From: an uncultured Chloroflexia bacterium
GTDB taxonomy: Bacteria; Chloroflexota; Anaerolineae; B4-G1; SLSP01
DNA length: 64,000 nt
Direction: 5' to 3'
NCBI GenBank assembly: GCA_963751345.1
Contig: CAVVUS010000048.1
Location: 1-64,000 of the forward strand
Shown: one piece after another, positions 41,658 to 53,354 of the stretch
Position numbering within the stretch: the stretch's first letter is position 1
Layout: every line of letters begins with the position of its first letter
The notes under the pieces: model-generated
Databases searched by the model: none
Seen by the model: only the letters and a program-made list of their open reading frames with translations
What the model was told of the DNA's origin: nothing
Made by a program: the position numbers and the translations under genes

Positions 41658-44525
41658 TCAAGCGGTTGGCTCGGTGTACCCGATCGAGAGCGGCCAGGCA
41701 GCAGCTTCTTCGTGAGTTGGAACCGCAGAGGCCACCGAGAAAGTGAGCAGTCCTGCAGCGGCGACAGCCACCGCTACCAGGTACTCGCGTCCCACCAAGG
41801 CAAAGCGCACGAAGGGCAGCCACCAGCGGGCCGCTGCCATCAGTACGATGTATCCACAAAGGCTGCCGATCATGCTGGATAGCGCCACCATCGTAGCCAA
41901 GTCGGCGCTCTGCGACCGTTCCCTGGACCACAGATAGGCCACCACAAAGATGCCAAATGATGCGGCCAGCGCCCAACGTATCAAAGCCCCGCGGCTTGGC
42001 TGCGGCAGCAGCGGATGGTCGGGAAGCTGGCCAAGCTTCGCCGGCACAGGGTTCGGTGTCGCGGTCGGCAACGGCGCAGGAGTAAGCGTGGGAGACGGCG
42101 TCACCGTGGGCACTTCCGTTGGCTCGATCTCCGTGATCGTCACGCCGTCGTCGCGGATTGTCAGCTCCAGCCGCGTCGATGAGACAGCGGGCTCCGACTG
42201 CGCCGTAACATCCAGCTGTCCCACACGATCGAGCGAGATGGAGGCATTGGCAATGCCATCTGCGGTCTCGCCCACGACGCTGTTCCGCGAGCCTTCCTGA
42301 GGATAACTGAGGTTGAACTGTACCGGCGTGCCGTCGGGAACAACGTGCCCGTTGCCATCGACAATGACCCCGGTCTCCAGATAGAGCACGTCGCCCACAT
42401 GGATATCGGACTTCGCCGTCGTCGTCAGCTCATTGCCGGCCTCATCCACAATGGCGAGCGATATCGTCTGATCGGGGTTCGGCATCATCTGTTCAGAGAG
42501 CGTGTAGTTCAGCGCCGGGATGTCCACTGGGGAAGCCCCGGGCGCCAACACATCCTGGAAGAGTGCGCGGACGCCCGTCTCGACAAAGGCGCTCCCCGGC
42601 GAGTAGAGCGCGTAGTACTCCGCCAGCTTACTGAGCTCTGTCGTATCCAGTTCATAGGGTGGCCCGAAGGCCAATACCACCATGCGCGCGTCAAGAAGGT
42701 TGGCCTGCGTCGCAAGGAACCGCTTCAGCCCCAGACTGGTCGGGTCGTCGGGATCGATGCCTGCGGTTGCGAAGATGATCCATCCTGCATTGCGTAGCGC
42801 ACTGCGCACCGCTGTGACCTGGTCTGGCAGTGGCGCCTGCCCCTCGGCGACCGCGGCAGGCGCATCCATGGACTGGATCAAGTCCTTGAAGCTGAAGCCC
42901 CGCACCGAGGCGGTCCGCACCACGCCCATCCCACTGGGACCGTAGAAGCGCAGGATAGCCTGGGGGATCATATCGGCGTCGAGCAACTTCACCGGATCCA
43001 GGCCGTCGCCCACAGAAATCTGCCGCTCCTGCGTGAAGACCACGATGGATTCGCCGTCCTGCGGCGGCGAGGGCAACAAGTCCTCCGACAACGGGAAGAC
43101 CAGCGAGAGTCCTTCCAACGCCGTCTGGGTGGCCACCGCCTCGCCCGACCCAGATGCTGCCAGCAGAACCTCGGTCTCCTTCTGCAAAGCGTCGATGCTG
43201 AACGAAGGCATAATCCGGAGCTTCATCGACAGGATACGATAGACGGCACTGTCCACCTGGGCCTGGAACGTGGGCTCGTCGACGTACCGCGCGGTCAGGA
43301 ACTTGAGCGTGTCACGCACGTTTGCGAAGTGAACGCTCCAGTTGGTCTCGGAGCCAAAGCGATCCAGAATCATCAGGTCATTGCCCGCGCTGAGCGCGTC
43401 CTGGGTCACCCGCCGTGCATTGAACGTAAGGCCAGTCGGATCGTAAAGCAGTTGTACGGAGGGCAGCCCCAGGTTGTCGGCGATCAGCACGCCACCCGCC
43501 GTCCGCCACGGCTCGACCTCCTTGAGGCTGGTCACCAACTGCAGGGCCGGCGCGTCAAGGCTGATGGGTCGCGTCGTGCGCCGGATATTGTTGCCCTGGA
43601 AGCCACGATAGCGGATGTGCGTGACCAGGAACGCGTCAGCCGCGTCCTCGGCCGTGCCGGGCAGGCTCTTGGCGGCTGCGAAGAAGGGGACGAGCTCGAT
43701 CTGCTTGAGCTGCTCCAGCGGCTCCTGGACCGTCGGCACCTCGTCCTCGAGGGGGCGGTCGGCACTGCCCAGTCCCGGTAGATGGCGCGGCGCCACGGCC
43801 AACTGTCCCCCGGCGCCCTCGTGAAGGCCGGCGATATAGGCCGTACCCATCTCGCCAACCCAGAAGGGATCGCCTCCGAATACTTGCGTGCCAAGGTCCG
43901 CCGGATCGCCGGGCTTCGGCGTATAGAGCACGTCAAGATCGGGCCCCAGGTAGAGGTTGAAGCCGAGCGCGTTGAGCTCGGCGCCCATCACTTCGCCCGC
44001 AGCTTTCGATAGATCGGGGTCCCACGTCGCGCCGAGCGCCATCGACGTCGGGAGATCCGACGCCCCCGAGATGAGTTCGACCGGGGCGACACCCGCGTCC
44101 GCAGCCTGTAGCCCGATCAGCAAGGGAATATACGGGGAGGCGCCGGAACTACTCGGATCTTCGCTGGGAGGGAGAACTCCTGCGGCAGCAGCGTCCCAGG
44201 CAAGCGCCTGGAGCTGGTTGGTGATGGAGATCATGTCAGCGGTGCCCATACCGGAAGCACCGAAGTTGCCGTTCTGCGGACGCAGCAGAACACCACCGAT
44301 CCGGTATGTACGGATAAGCTCGGCGATCTCGGACGCCTGACCCACGTCGGTTCCGGGATAGGTGACAAGCGCAAGCTGGCCTATCTTGGCCTCGGGGGTC
44401 ATCCGAGCCATGAGCGCCATAACGGGATCGTTGGTTGCTTCCTGGGCACGCAACGGTGGGACGACCGTGAACAGGAGCAGCAGGAGCAGCAACACGACCC
44501 CGCGACGAGATGCACGGGACTTCAT
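41658..44525 (-). CDS. GH3 (NagZ-like) glycoside hydrolase domain protein with Ig-like domain, PT linker and C-terminal TM helices
   Basis: Signal peptide; MTPEAKIGQL, PTSMALGATW, GPDLDV, RHLPGLG, ELVPF, AGNDLM; RBS GGAGGAG. Confidence 0.85.
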   Translation of the reverse strand: MKSRASRRGVVLLLLLLLFTVVPPLRAQEATNDPVMALMARMTPEAKIGQLALVTYPGTDVGQASEIAELIRTYRIGGVLLRPQNGNFGASGMGTADMISITNQLQALAWDAAAAGVLPPSEDPSSSGASPYIPLLIGLQAADAGVAPVELISGASDLPTSMALGATWDPDLSKAAGEVMGAELNALGFNLYLGPDLDVLYTPKPGDPADLGTQVFGGDPFWVGEMGTAYIAGLHEGAGGQLAVAPRHLPGLGSADRPLEDEVPTVQEPLEQLKQIELVPFFAAAKSLPGTAEDAADAFLVTHIRYRGFQGNNIRRTTRPISLDAPALQLVTSLKEVEPWRTAGGVLIADNLGLPSVQLLYDPTGLTFNARRVTQDALSAGNDLMILDRFGSETNWSVHFANVRDTLKFLTARYVDEPTFQAQVDSAVYRILSMKLRIMPSFSIDALQKETEVLLAASGSGEAVATQTALEGLSLVFPLSEDLLPSPPQDGESIVVFTQERQISVGDGLDPVKLLDADMIPQAILRFYGPSGMGVVRTASVRGFSFKDLIQSMDAPAAVAEGQAPLPDQVTAVRSALRNAGWIIFATAGIDPDDPTSLGLKRFLATQANLLDARMVVLAFGPPYELDTTELSKLAEYYALYSPGSAFVETGVRALFQDVLAPGASPVDIPALNYTLSEQMMPNPDQTISLAIVDEAGNELTTTAKSDIHVGDVLYLETGVIVDGNGHVVPDGTPVQFNLSYPQEGSRNSVVGETADGIANASISLDRVGQLDVTAQSEPAVSSTRLELTIRDDGVTITEIEPTEVPTVTPSPTLTPAPLPTATPNPVPAKLGQLPDHPLLPQPSRGALIRWALAASFGIFVVAYLWSRERSQSADLATMVALSSMIGSLCGYIVLMAAARWWLPFVRFALVGREYLVAVAVAAAGLLTFSVASAVPTHEEAAAWPLSIGYTEPTA

Positions 44526-44745
44526 ACTTGATTCTCCTCCGCCGCCATTGTAACGCATCGGCGCCCGATAGGCAAATCATGTTGTCATCCCATCAATGTC
44601 TGGTACACTCGAACCATCCGAGAGACCCAACATGACAAGACCTAACTCCGACAACCTTCGGCGTGGTTTCTGCCCGGCAATGAAGATACTCCCTGATGCG
44701 TCCGCCATCTCGCCACACGACACCGCAGAAGCGCAGGATTTGACC

Positions 44746-46020
44746 GTGGCGCGTAAGCGCCCGCCCGCCGCGATAGTGCACCTGGCTCTGGCCCTTGTGA
44801 TGGGACTGGCTGCGACGCTGTTCGTGGCGTGTGGACCTCGCCCCCTACTCCAGGATGTCTCAGTGACGCCCTCCGTCATCACCCCGAATGCCGATGGCGA
44901 TACGGACCTGGCGAAAGTGGAGTTTCGGCTCAATCAGAGTGCCGAGGTCAGCCTCCTGCTCTATGACACCTCCGGCGCTGCCTATACCTTCCGCCCACCG
45001 CGCCTCCTGGGCGCAAGCGAGGACCCCTACAAGGTCTACTTCGGCGGCGTGGTCGAGGGGTACCGGCGGCCCGGCGAGGTGGACCCAGGCTACGCCATCG
45101 TCCAACGCATGCTGCCGGATGGCCCCTACACCTGGCTGCTCACTGCGGAGGCCACGGGGCGCAGTCCCGAAACGGTGACGGGTACGCTCACGATCCGGGA
45201 TGCCGACGCCGTGCCTCCAGGGATTCGCGGGTTCAGCGTCTCGCCCAAGACATTCTCACCCAACCAGGACGGCATCGACGACCGCGTAACGATCAACCTG
45301 GTACTGGAGAAGGACGTCAGCGAGCTGCGTGTCTATCTCAAGGGCGCCGACGGGCTCGAACACCCGATCGCGGAGAACGAGCAGCTCACCGAGCTCAATG
45401 CAGCCGGCTGGCACACCTACGACTATGATGGCGGCATCGATGCCGGCAGCGAGCCGCCCCCTGACGGCGTCTACGAGCTATGGGCGGAGGCGCGCGACGA
45501 GATGGGGCAGCAGGTGGAGGTCAGCAATACGCTGGAGCTGGTGGACGCCGGGCTGCCCAGGGCGTACATAGTCAATGCCGAGGTGGACTACTCCGCCACG
45601 ACGCTCGTCCTATCCGACACTCTCTGTTTCACGACTACCATCGAGAACGACAGTGACACCTACATTCGCACGACCGGTCCGTGGCCGGGCACGCCCTATC
45701 GCAGCGATCAGAACTTCAACACGCTCGGCTGGTCGGAGGAGTCCGGTGTCTTCCGTGTCGCGTTGGACTTCGACACCAGCCTCCGCAACTACCCTTTTCG
45801 ATGGGGCATCGGCCAGCCGGGGGTCGACCTGGTGCAGCGCAACGGAGATTGGTACCTGCCCCCGCGCGCCCGGTCGCTGGTGACGGGCTGTGTACAGATC
45901 GTTGACATGCCGGTGCGGAACCCGCTCTATTACTGGGCGGGGCTGATCCACGAGGACGTGGAGATTGCCGACGTCAACAACCGTGTCGACCCCAATTTCG
46001 TCACCATTTGGGAGCCGTGA
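44746..46020 (+). CDS. Putative lipoprotein with FlgD-like Ig domains
   Basis: Lipobox FVA-C; ITPNADG and FSPNQDG..PDGVY repeats; start uncertain (frame open from 44596). Confidence 0.72.
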   Translation: MARKRPPAAIVHLALALVMGLAATLFVACGPRPLLQDVSVTPSVITPNADGDTDLAKVEFRLNQSAEVSLLLYDTSGAAYTFRPPRLLGASEDPYKVYFGGVVEGYRRPGEVDPGYAIVQRMLPDGPYTWLLTAEATGRSPETVTGTLTIRDADAVPPGIRGFSVSPKTFSPNQDGIDDRVTINLVLEKDVSELRVYLKGADGLEHPIAENEQLTELNAAGWHTYDYDGGIDAGSEPPPDGVYELWAEARDEMGQQVEVSNTLELVDAGLPRAYIVNAEVDYSATTLVLSDTLCFTTTIENDSDTYIRTTGPWPGTPYRSDQNFNTLGWSEESGVFRVALDFDTSLRNYPFRWGIGQPGVDLVQRNGDWYLPPRARSLVTGCVQIVDMPVRNPLYYWAGLIHEDVEIADVNNRVDPNFVTIWEP

Positions 46021-46961
46021 GTCCTGACGCAGGTCAAGGGAGGCGCGCACTGAACGACGCTGTTGTCGACCTCGCCGTGATCGTTGTCTCCTGGAACGTG
46101 AAAGACCACCTGGCACGCTGTCTGGATAGCCTCCGGGCGGCCATTGCAGACGATGGCGTCAATGCCCTCGTCTGGGTCGTAGACAGCGCATCAAGCGATG
46201 GCACGGTCGAGATGGTACGACGCGCCCACCCCTGGGTCACGTTGGTGCCCAGCGACACGAACCTCGGGTTTGTGGGAGGCAACAACCTCGCGCTCGACCG
46301 GCTGCGGGGCCGCGCACGCTACTTCTGGCTGCTCAATCCGGACACCATTGTGCCGCAGGGAACCATTCGGCAGCTGCTGACGTTCCTCGACGGTCATCCC
46401 GGGGCAGGCCTCGTCAGCCCCAAGCTGCTCAATACCGACGGCTCGCTCCAGGAGTGCGCCTTCCGCTTCCCGGGGATTGGCCAGGCGCTCTTCTCGCTGG
46501 GGCTGATGCCCGAGCGCCTCTATTTCACGGCAATCAATGGCCGCTATCCCGCCGCTTGGTTCTCCCGTGACCGCGCCTTTCAGATCGACCACCCACTGGG
46601 AGCCGCGATGATGGCTCGCGCCGAGGCGATCGACGGGGTGGGCTTGCTCGACGCGAAGTTCTTCATGTACTGCGAGGAGATCGACTGGGCCTGGCGCATG
46701 CAGAAGGGCGGTTGGGAGCGGTGGCTGCTCCCCTCGGCCGTGGTGACCCACGTGGGCGGCGCCAGTACCGGACAGGCACAGGCGGAGGCGACGCGACACC
46801 TATGGGAAAGCCGAGCTCGGCTTTACAGGAAGCACAGGGGCTCGCTGACGCGGGCCGTCGTGCGCCGTGCGGTGCGCAGTGTCTTCGCGGCTCGCCGCAG
46901 CGAGACCGGCGACGAGGCGTGGATCGCCGCCTATGATGCCATTCTGGGGGCGTGGGCGTGA
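46017..46961 (+). CDS. GT2 glycosyltransferase (WbbL/rhamnosyltransferase-like)
   Basis: VIVVSWN, VVDSASSDG, NLGF..GNN, LLNPD, FFMYCEEIDW. Confidence 0.9.
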   Translation: MSPDAGQGRRALNDAVVDLAVIVVSWNVKDHLARCLDSLRAAIADDGVNALVWVVDSASSDGTVEMVRRAHPWVTLVPSDTNLGFVGGNNLALDRLRGRARYFWLLNPDTIVPQGTIRQLLTFLDGHPGAGLVSPKLLNTDGSLQECAFRFPGIGQALFSLGLMPERLYFTAINGRYPAAWFSRDRAFQIDHPLGAAMMARAEAIDGVGLLDAKFFMYCEEIDWAWRMQKGGWERWLLPSAVVTHVGGASTGQAQAEATRHLWESRARLYRKHRGSLTRAVVRRAVRSVFAARRSETGDEAWIAAYDAILGAWA

Positions 46962-47746
46962 CCTCTGTCAGAGCCGTGATCCTCACGTATAACGAGGAGC
47001 GCCACGTCGCAGCCTGCGTCGAGAGCCTGTTGTGGACCGATGGTGTGGCGGTGCTCGATTCCTTCAGCACGGATGCCACCGTCCCACTCGCCCAGAAGGC
47101 GGGCGCTGCGGTCATCCAACACACGTGGACCAACTATGCCCACAACCGGAACGTGGCGCTCGATGCCGTCGAGGCCGACTGGATCCTCTTCGTCGACGCC
47201 GACGAGCGTGCCACGCCCGACCTGGCGACCGAGACGCGGCGCGTCATTGCCCAGGATGACGCGGCCGGCTGGTGGATACCCCGCTATAACTACATCTTCG
47301 GCCACCGGATGCGCGCGACGGGCTGGTACCCGGATTACCAGATGCGCCTCCTCCGACGCGGATCCGCTCGTTACGATCCCGACCGGGCCGTGCACGAGTT
47401 GGTCGTACTCGATGGGGAGGCAGGCTACCTCGAATCTCCGCTGATCCACTACAACTATGACAATCTGGGCCAGTTCGTGGAGAAGCAGCGCCGCTATCTC
47501 GCCTATGACGTCGGCGTCCTGGTGGCCGAAGGGGCAGATGCCCGAATCTACACCCCCTACACCGTGGCCCTGCGCCACGTCTGGTGGCGTTTCGTCACCC
47601 TCCAGGGCTACCGCGACACCGTCTGGGGGCTCCTCTTGAGCGGCATGATGGGCTACTACGAAATGCTCAAGTATCGCAGGCTCCGGCAAGCTCGGCGGCG
47701 TGCCGGCGAGCCATCTTCGCCGCCCGACCCCACCCGAAGCGTATGA
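46958..47746 (+). CDS. GT2 glycosyltransferase (beta-1,4-glucosyltransferase-like)
   Basis: LTYNEE, DSFSTDAT, WILFVDADER, WYPDYQMRL, VHE. Confidence 0.9.
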   Translation: MTSVRAVILTYNEERHVAACVESLLWTDGVAVLDSFSTDATVPLAQKAGAAVIQHTWTNYAHNRNVALDAVEADWILFVDADERATPDLATETRRVIAQDDAAGWWIPRYNYIFGHRMRATGWYPDYQMRLLRRGSARYDPDRAVHELVVLDGEAGYLESPLIHYNYDNLGQFVEKQRRYLAYDVGVLVAEGADARIYTPYTVALRHVWWRFVTLQGYRDTVWGLLLSGMMGYYEMLKYRRLRQARRRAGEPSSPPDPTRSV

Positions 47747-48798
47747 TCACGAAGCACCGGCTCGCCCTCGCTGCCCTTCTGCTGGTCGCCGGCGGCGGCC
47801 TGCTGCTCATCTCGTTCTTGAGAGGGGCCGCTCGCCCCGGTATGGCCCCGGTTGCACCTGCGCCCGAGGGAGCCCCTCGCCCCTCGCCTACCTGGGCCCA
47901 GATGCCGACGCGGCAGCCGGCCTGGGGGCAGATGTCCGGGGTGCCTGATATGGCGCCCTTCCGGCGCGCGCTCCTGATCGGCGACACAGACGCCGCTCAA
48001 CTCATTTGGGATTCCCTCGACGGCACTGAGGCCGGTGAGACGGCGTCGATCCAGCTCCTTGGGGCACGCCTGGCGCTCCAGCAGGTGCACTACGCACAAG
48101 CGGAGGAGCGTACGTGGCGTGCGATCGGCCTGGACCCCCAGAGCGCTGAAGCGTGGTCCCTTCTCGGCATCGTTCTCGCGAGATCCGGAAACCACGCCGA
48201 CGCGGACCACGCGATGGGCATCGCCGTAGCGTTGGACGCCACGCTCGCCCCATCGCTCTTCGACGACCGTTGGCGCGCTACGGTAGCCCTTGGAGACGCT
48301 GCCGGCCTGGCAACGCTGGCCGAGAGTTACGTCGCGGAATACCCGGACAGCCCGCTTGCGCCACACTATCGGGCCACCGCGCTGCTGGCAGCAGGCGACC
48401 CCGTCGCGGCCGTGGATCTCCTGGTGGCCGCTCTGCGCGACCAACCCGGGGCCCCCGCCCTCGTCTGGTACACGCTCGGAGAGGCCTACTTGGCAGCGCA
48501 CGGCTATGCCGAGGCTGCTGTCGTGCTCGAGAGCGCCGCGGGCATGGTCGCGCAGGGCGACAGCACCCTGACCTACGTCACGGCGGACCCGATCACAGCG
48601 CTCAACCAGCGCCTGGCCCGCGCCTACCTGGAGACCGGGAGCTGCCGCGAGGCGGAGAGTATTTTCCGCCGGCTAATGGTGGCGCAGCCCGACCTCGCCC
48701 CGTGGGTCGAGAAAGCCGTCATCTGCCAGACCCCGACCCCTACCCTCACCCCCTGGATCCCGCGTCCGGTCACGCTGACGCCCGACTGGCAGGGGTGA
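47743..48798 (+). CDS. TPR-repeat exported/membrane protein
   Basis: N-terminal TM; DPQSAEAWSLLG and WYTLGEAY TPR-like helices; ATGA overlap with upstream gene. Confidence 0.75.
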   Translation: MITKHRLALAALLLVAGGGLLLISFLRGAARPGMAPVAPAPEGAPRPSPTWAQMPTRQPAWGQMSGVPDMAPFRRALLIGDTDAAQLIWDSLDGTEAGETASIQLLGARLALQQVHYAQAEERTWRAIGLDPQSAEAWSLLGIVLARSGNHADADHAMGIAVALDATLAPSLFDDRWRATVALGDAAGLATLAESYVAEYPDSPLAPHYRATALLAAGDPVAAVDLLVAALRDQPGAPALVWYTLGEAYLAAHGYAEAAVVLESAAGMVAQGDSTLTYVTADPITALNQRLARAYLETGSCREAESIFRRLMVAQPDLAPWVEKAVICQTPTPTLTPWIPRPVTLTPDWQG

Positions 48799-48846
48799 TG
48801 GTAACGATGCGATTGGACCAATCTCGGAAGATTGGTCCAATCGTCG

Positions 48847-50659
48847 CTACGCGTACGCCAGCTCGCGCTCCCGGCGGAACTGACGTGTGTACAGCTCGTA
48901 GTAGTGGCCACGCGCCCGGATCAGCTCCTCGTGTGAGCCCATCTCCGCTATCCGCCCACCGTCGATCACCAAGATCCGGTCAGCCCGCTTGATCGTCGAC
49001 AAGCGGTGAGCGATCACGAAGCTGGTCCTACCCGCCATCACCGCCTCCATGCCACGCTGGATCAGCGCCTCAGTCAACGTATCAACCGAACTGGTTGCCT
49101 CGTCCAGGATCAGGATGTCGGGCGATGCCAGCACGGCCCGCGCGATGCTGAGTAACTGCTTCTGCCCAACGCTGAGGAGATTGCCCCCCTCCCCTACCTC
49201 CTCGTCGTAGCCCCGGTCCATCCCGGCGATGAAGTCGTGTGCGTGCGCCAACTTGGCCGCTGCCTCGATCTCCTCGTCCGTCGCGTCGAGGCGACCGTAG
49301 CGCAAGTTCTCCCGGATCGTGCCCGAGAAGAGATGGGGCGTCTGCAGCACCATACCGACCCGCGACTGGACCGCGTGCTGCGTCAGCTCCGTGTAGTCCC
49401 GCCCATCGATCCGGATCACGCCCTCCGTCGGTTCGTAGAACCGGCAGACGAGGTTGACGATCGTCGATTTCCCGCCACCCGTGGGGCCCACCAGTGCGAT
49501 GTGCTCGCCGGGTGCCACCCGCAGGCTAAGATCCTCGAGAACGTTCTTGCCTTCCTCGTACCTGAAGCCCACGCCGTCGAACTCGACCGCGCCCTCCATG
49601 CTATCGATTTCCTCGGCTCCCTCGCGATCGACGACGTCGGGCTCCGCATCGATCAGCGAGAAGATCCGCTCGGCTGATGCGATCGACCGCTGCATCTCCC
49701 CGTAGACCCGCGCCATATCCTGGATCGGCCAGAGCATGAAGGTCAGATAGCTGAGGAAGGCCTGGATGCCGCCGATCGTCATCGCGGTCCCGAGAACATT
49801 GACCGCGCCCACCTGGAGCCCGCCGTACCAGATAACGGCCCCTGTGCCCACCGCCCCAACGATCTGGATGACGGGCAGAAAGAGCGCGGAGAGCCACGCG
49901 GCTCGGTACGCTGCGCGATACATGCCCGTCGTCTTCTCGCCGAACTCCTCGGCATTACGCTGCTCGCGCACCATGGCTTTCACCACGCGCACGCCGCTGA
50001 TGTTCTCGTTGTAGGCCCCGGTGATCTGCGAGTTCAGCTTACGGACCTCACGGTACTGGTACAGGATCAGTTGCCTGAACCAGAAGGCCAGTGCCATCAT
50101 GATCGGCACGATGCCCACCGCGACCAGACTGAGCTTCGCGTTGATCGTCAACATAAACGCGATGGACGTGATCACGTTCAGCACGGCCCAGGTGATGTCC
50201 ACGAGTCCCCAGGTCACCAGCTCGGCGATGCGCTCCGAATCGGACGTGACGCGTGACATGATCCAGCCCACCGGCGTCTTGTCGAAGTACGAGAAGGTCA
50301 GCTCCTGGAGATGGTCGAACAGCTTCTGGCGCATGTCGTACTGCACCCGCTCGCCGAGGAAGCCGGCGAGGAGGATGAAGCCGAACACTGAGGCCGCCTG
50401 CAGTGCGGCCAAGCCCCCATAGCGTAGCAGGAGATGCATGAGCAGCGCCTGGTTGCCCTTCAGGATCCCCTCATCCACGATCTGCTTGCTCAGATAGGTG
50501 AAGTAGGAGTCCAGAACCGACGTACAGGCGATCAGAAGCATCAGGCCCAGGGCCCAGTGCCAGTACGGTCGCACCTGCTGCATGCATGCGCCATAACACG
50601 CGCCCATTCAGCTTCGTGCTGAAGTCTTCTTCTTCGAATTGGTGACTCATCTCTACCAC
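48847..50659 (-). CDS. Heterodimeric ABC exporter subunit B (TMD+NBD; frameshift near 50595)
   Basis: Walker A GPTGGGKS, degenerate signature LSVGQ, Walker B ILILDE, IAHRLST. Confidence 0.92.
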
Positions 50660-50665
50660 CGTCCT

Positions 50666-52646
<1,981 letters not shown>

Positions 52647-52748
52647 CTTTGGCTTCCTCATTTTTCACGGCTCGGCCACTCCACGTAGCCTTGCCGAGGT
52701 TCTGCGAACTCTCGGCCCTCTCGCCTGCCAGGTCTGTGCCAGACACGC

Positions 52749-52824
52749 AAAACGAGCGGGGCTTTTCCGCAATCATGTGTGGGCTGGAATTGCCCACAGC
52801 AGACTAATGCGTCTGACCCGCTCG
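52749..52824 (-). promoter_or_regulatory. Candidate attenuator / structured leader of the ABC operon
   Basis: mRNA CGAGCGGG..CCCGCUCG-UUUU stem enclosing hairpins CAGAC/GUCUG and UGUGGGC/GCCCACA. Confidence 0.55.
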
Positions 52825-52919
52825 CCGAAAGGTATTGCTGCTATTCGCCTGTATCCCGTAGCCCGGCGCCATCTATTCAGGTCTGGCCGGCCCACGGGGG
52901 CTCGAGAGGCGAAAGCGCG

Positions 52920-53012
52920 CTACCCCGGCGGCTCCAGGTCAGTCACATGACTTGCGATTCGGCTAATCATCACCAGTCTATCCTTCGCGAAATACCCATT
53001 CACGCTAGTCAT
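52920..53012 (-). CDS. Putative 30-aa leader peptide MTSVNGYFAKDRLVMISRIASHVTDLEPPG
   Basis: GGAGG 8 nt before ATG; TGCTATTAT -10-like element at 53092-53084; upstream of and co-oriented with the ABC genes. Confidence 0.55.
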   Translation of the reverse strand: MTSVNGYFAKDRLVMISRIASHVTDLEPPG

Positions 53013-53354
53013 CACCCTTACCTCCACTGCTACAAGATCATCGCAGACACACGCCGGCGCACCGGCTCGCCCACAGCATGGCAATAATAGCACAAATCGC
53101 CGCAGCGCGCAAATCATTGAAGCGGACTTTATAGAATCTAAGTCCCAGCAAAAGAAACCGGAAAACAACCTCTTGGCTCTGCACACACAGAGCCCTGCGA
53201 GGGTTCGGAGACCTTCGCCGGGCCGGGCACTCGTGCGTGCGATGGTCCCGCCGGAAGTAGGCACGGTATGGCGAACCCGGGCGTTTGAGCTATACTCCTC
53301 CTGGCAACACCGCGATTGCGCCGCACCTGACGCCCAGGACACGAAGGAGACACC

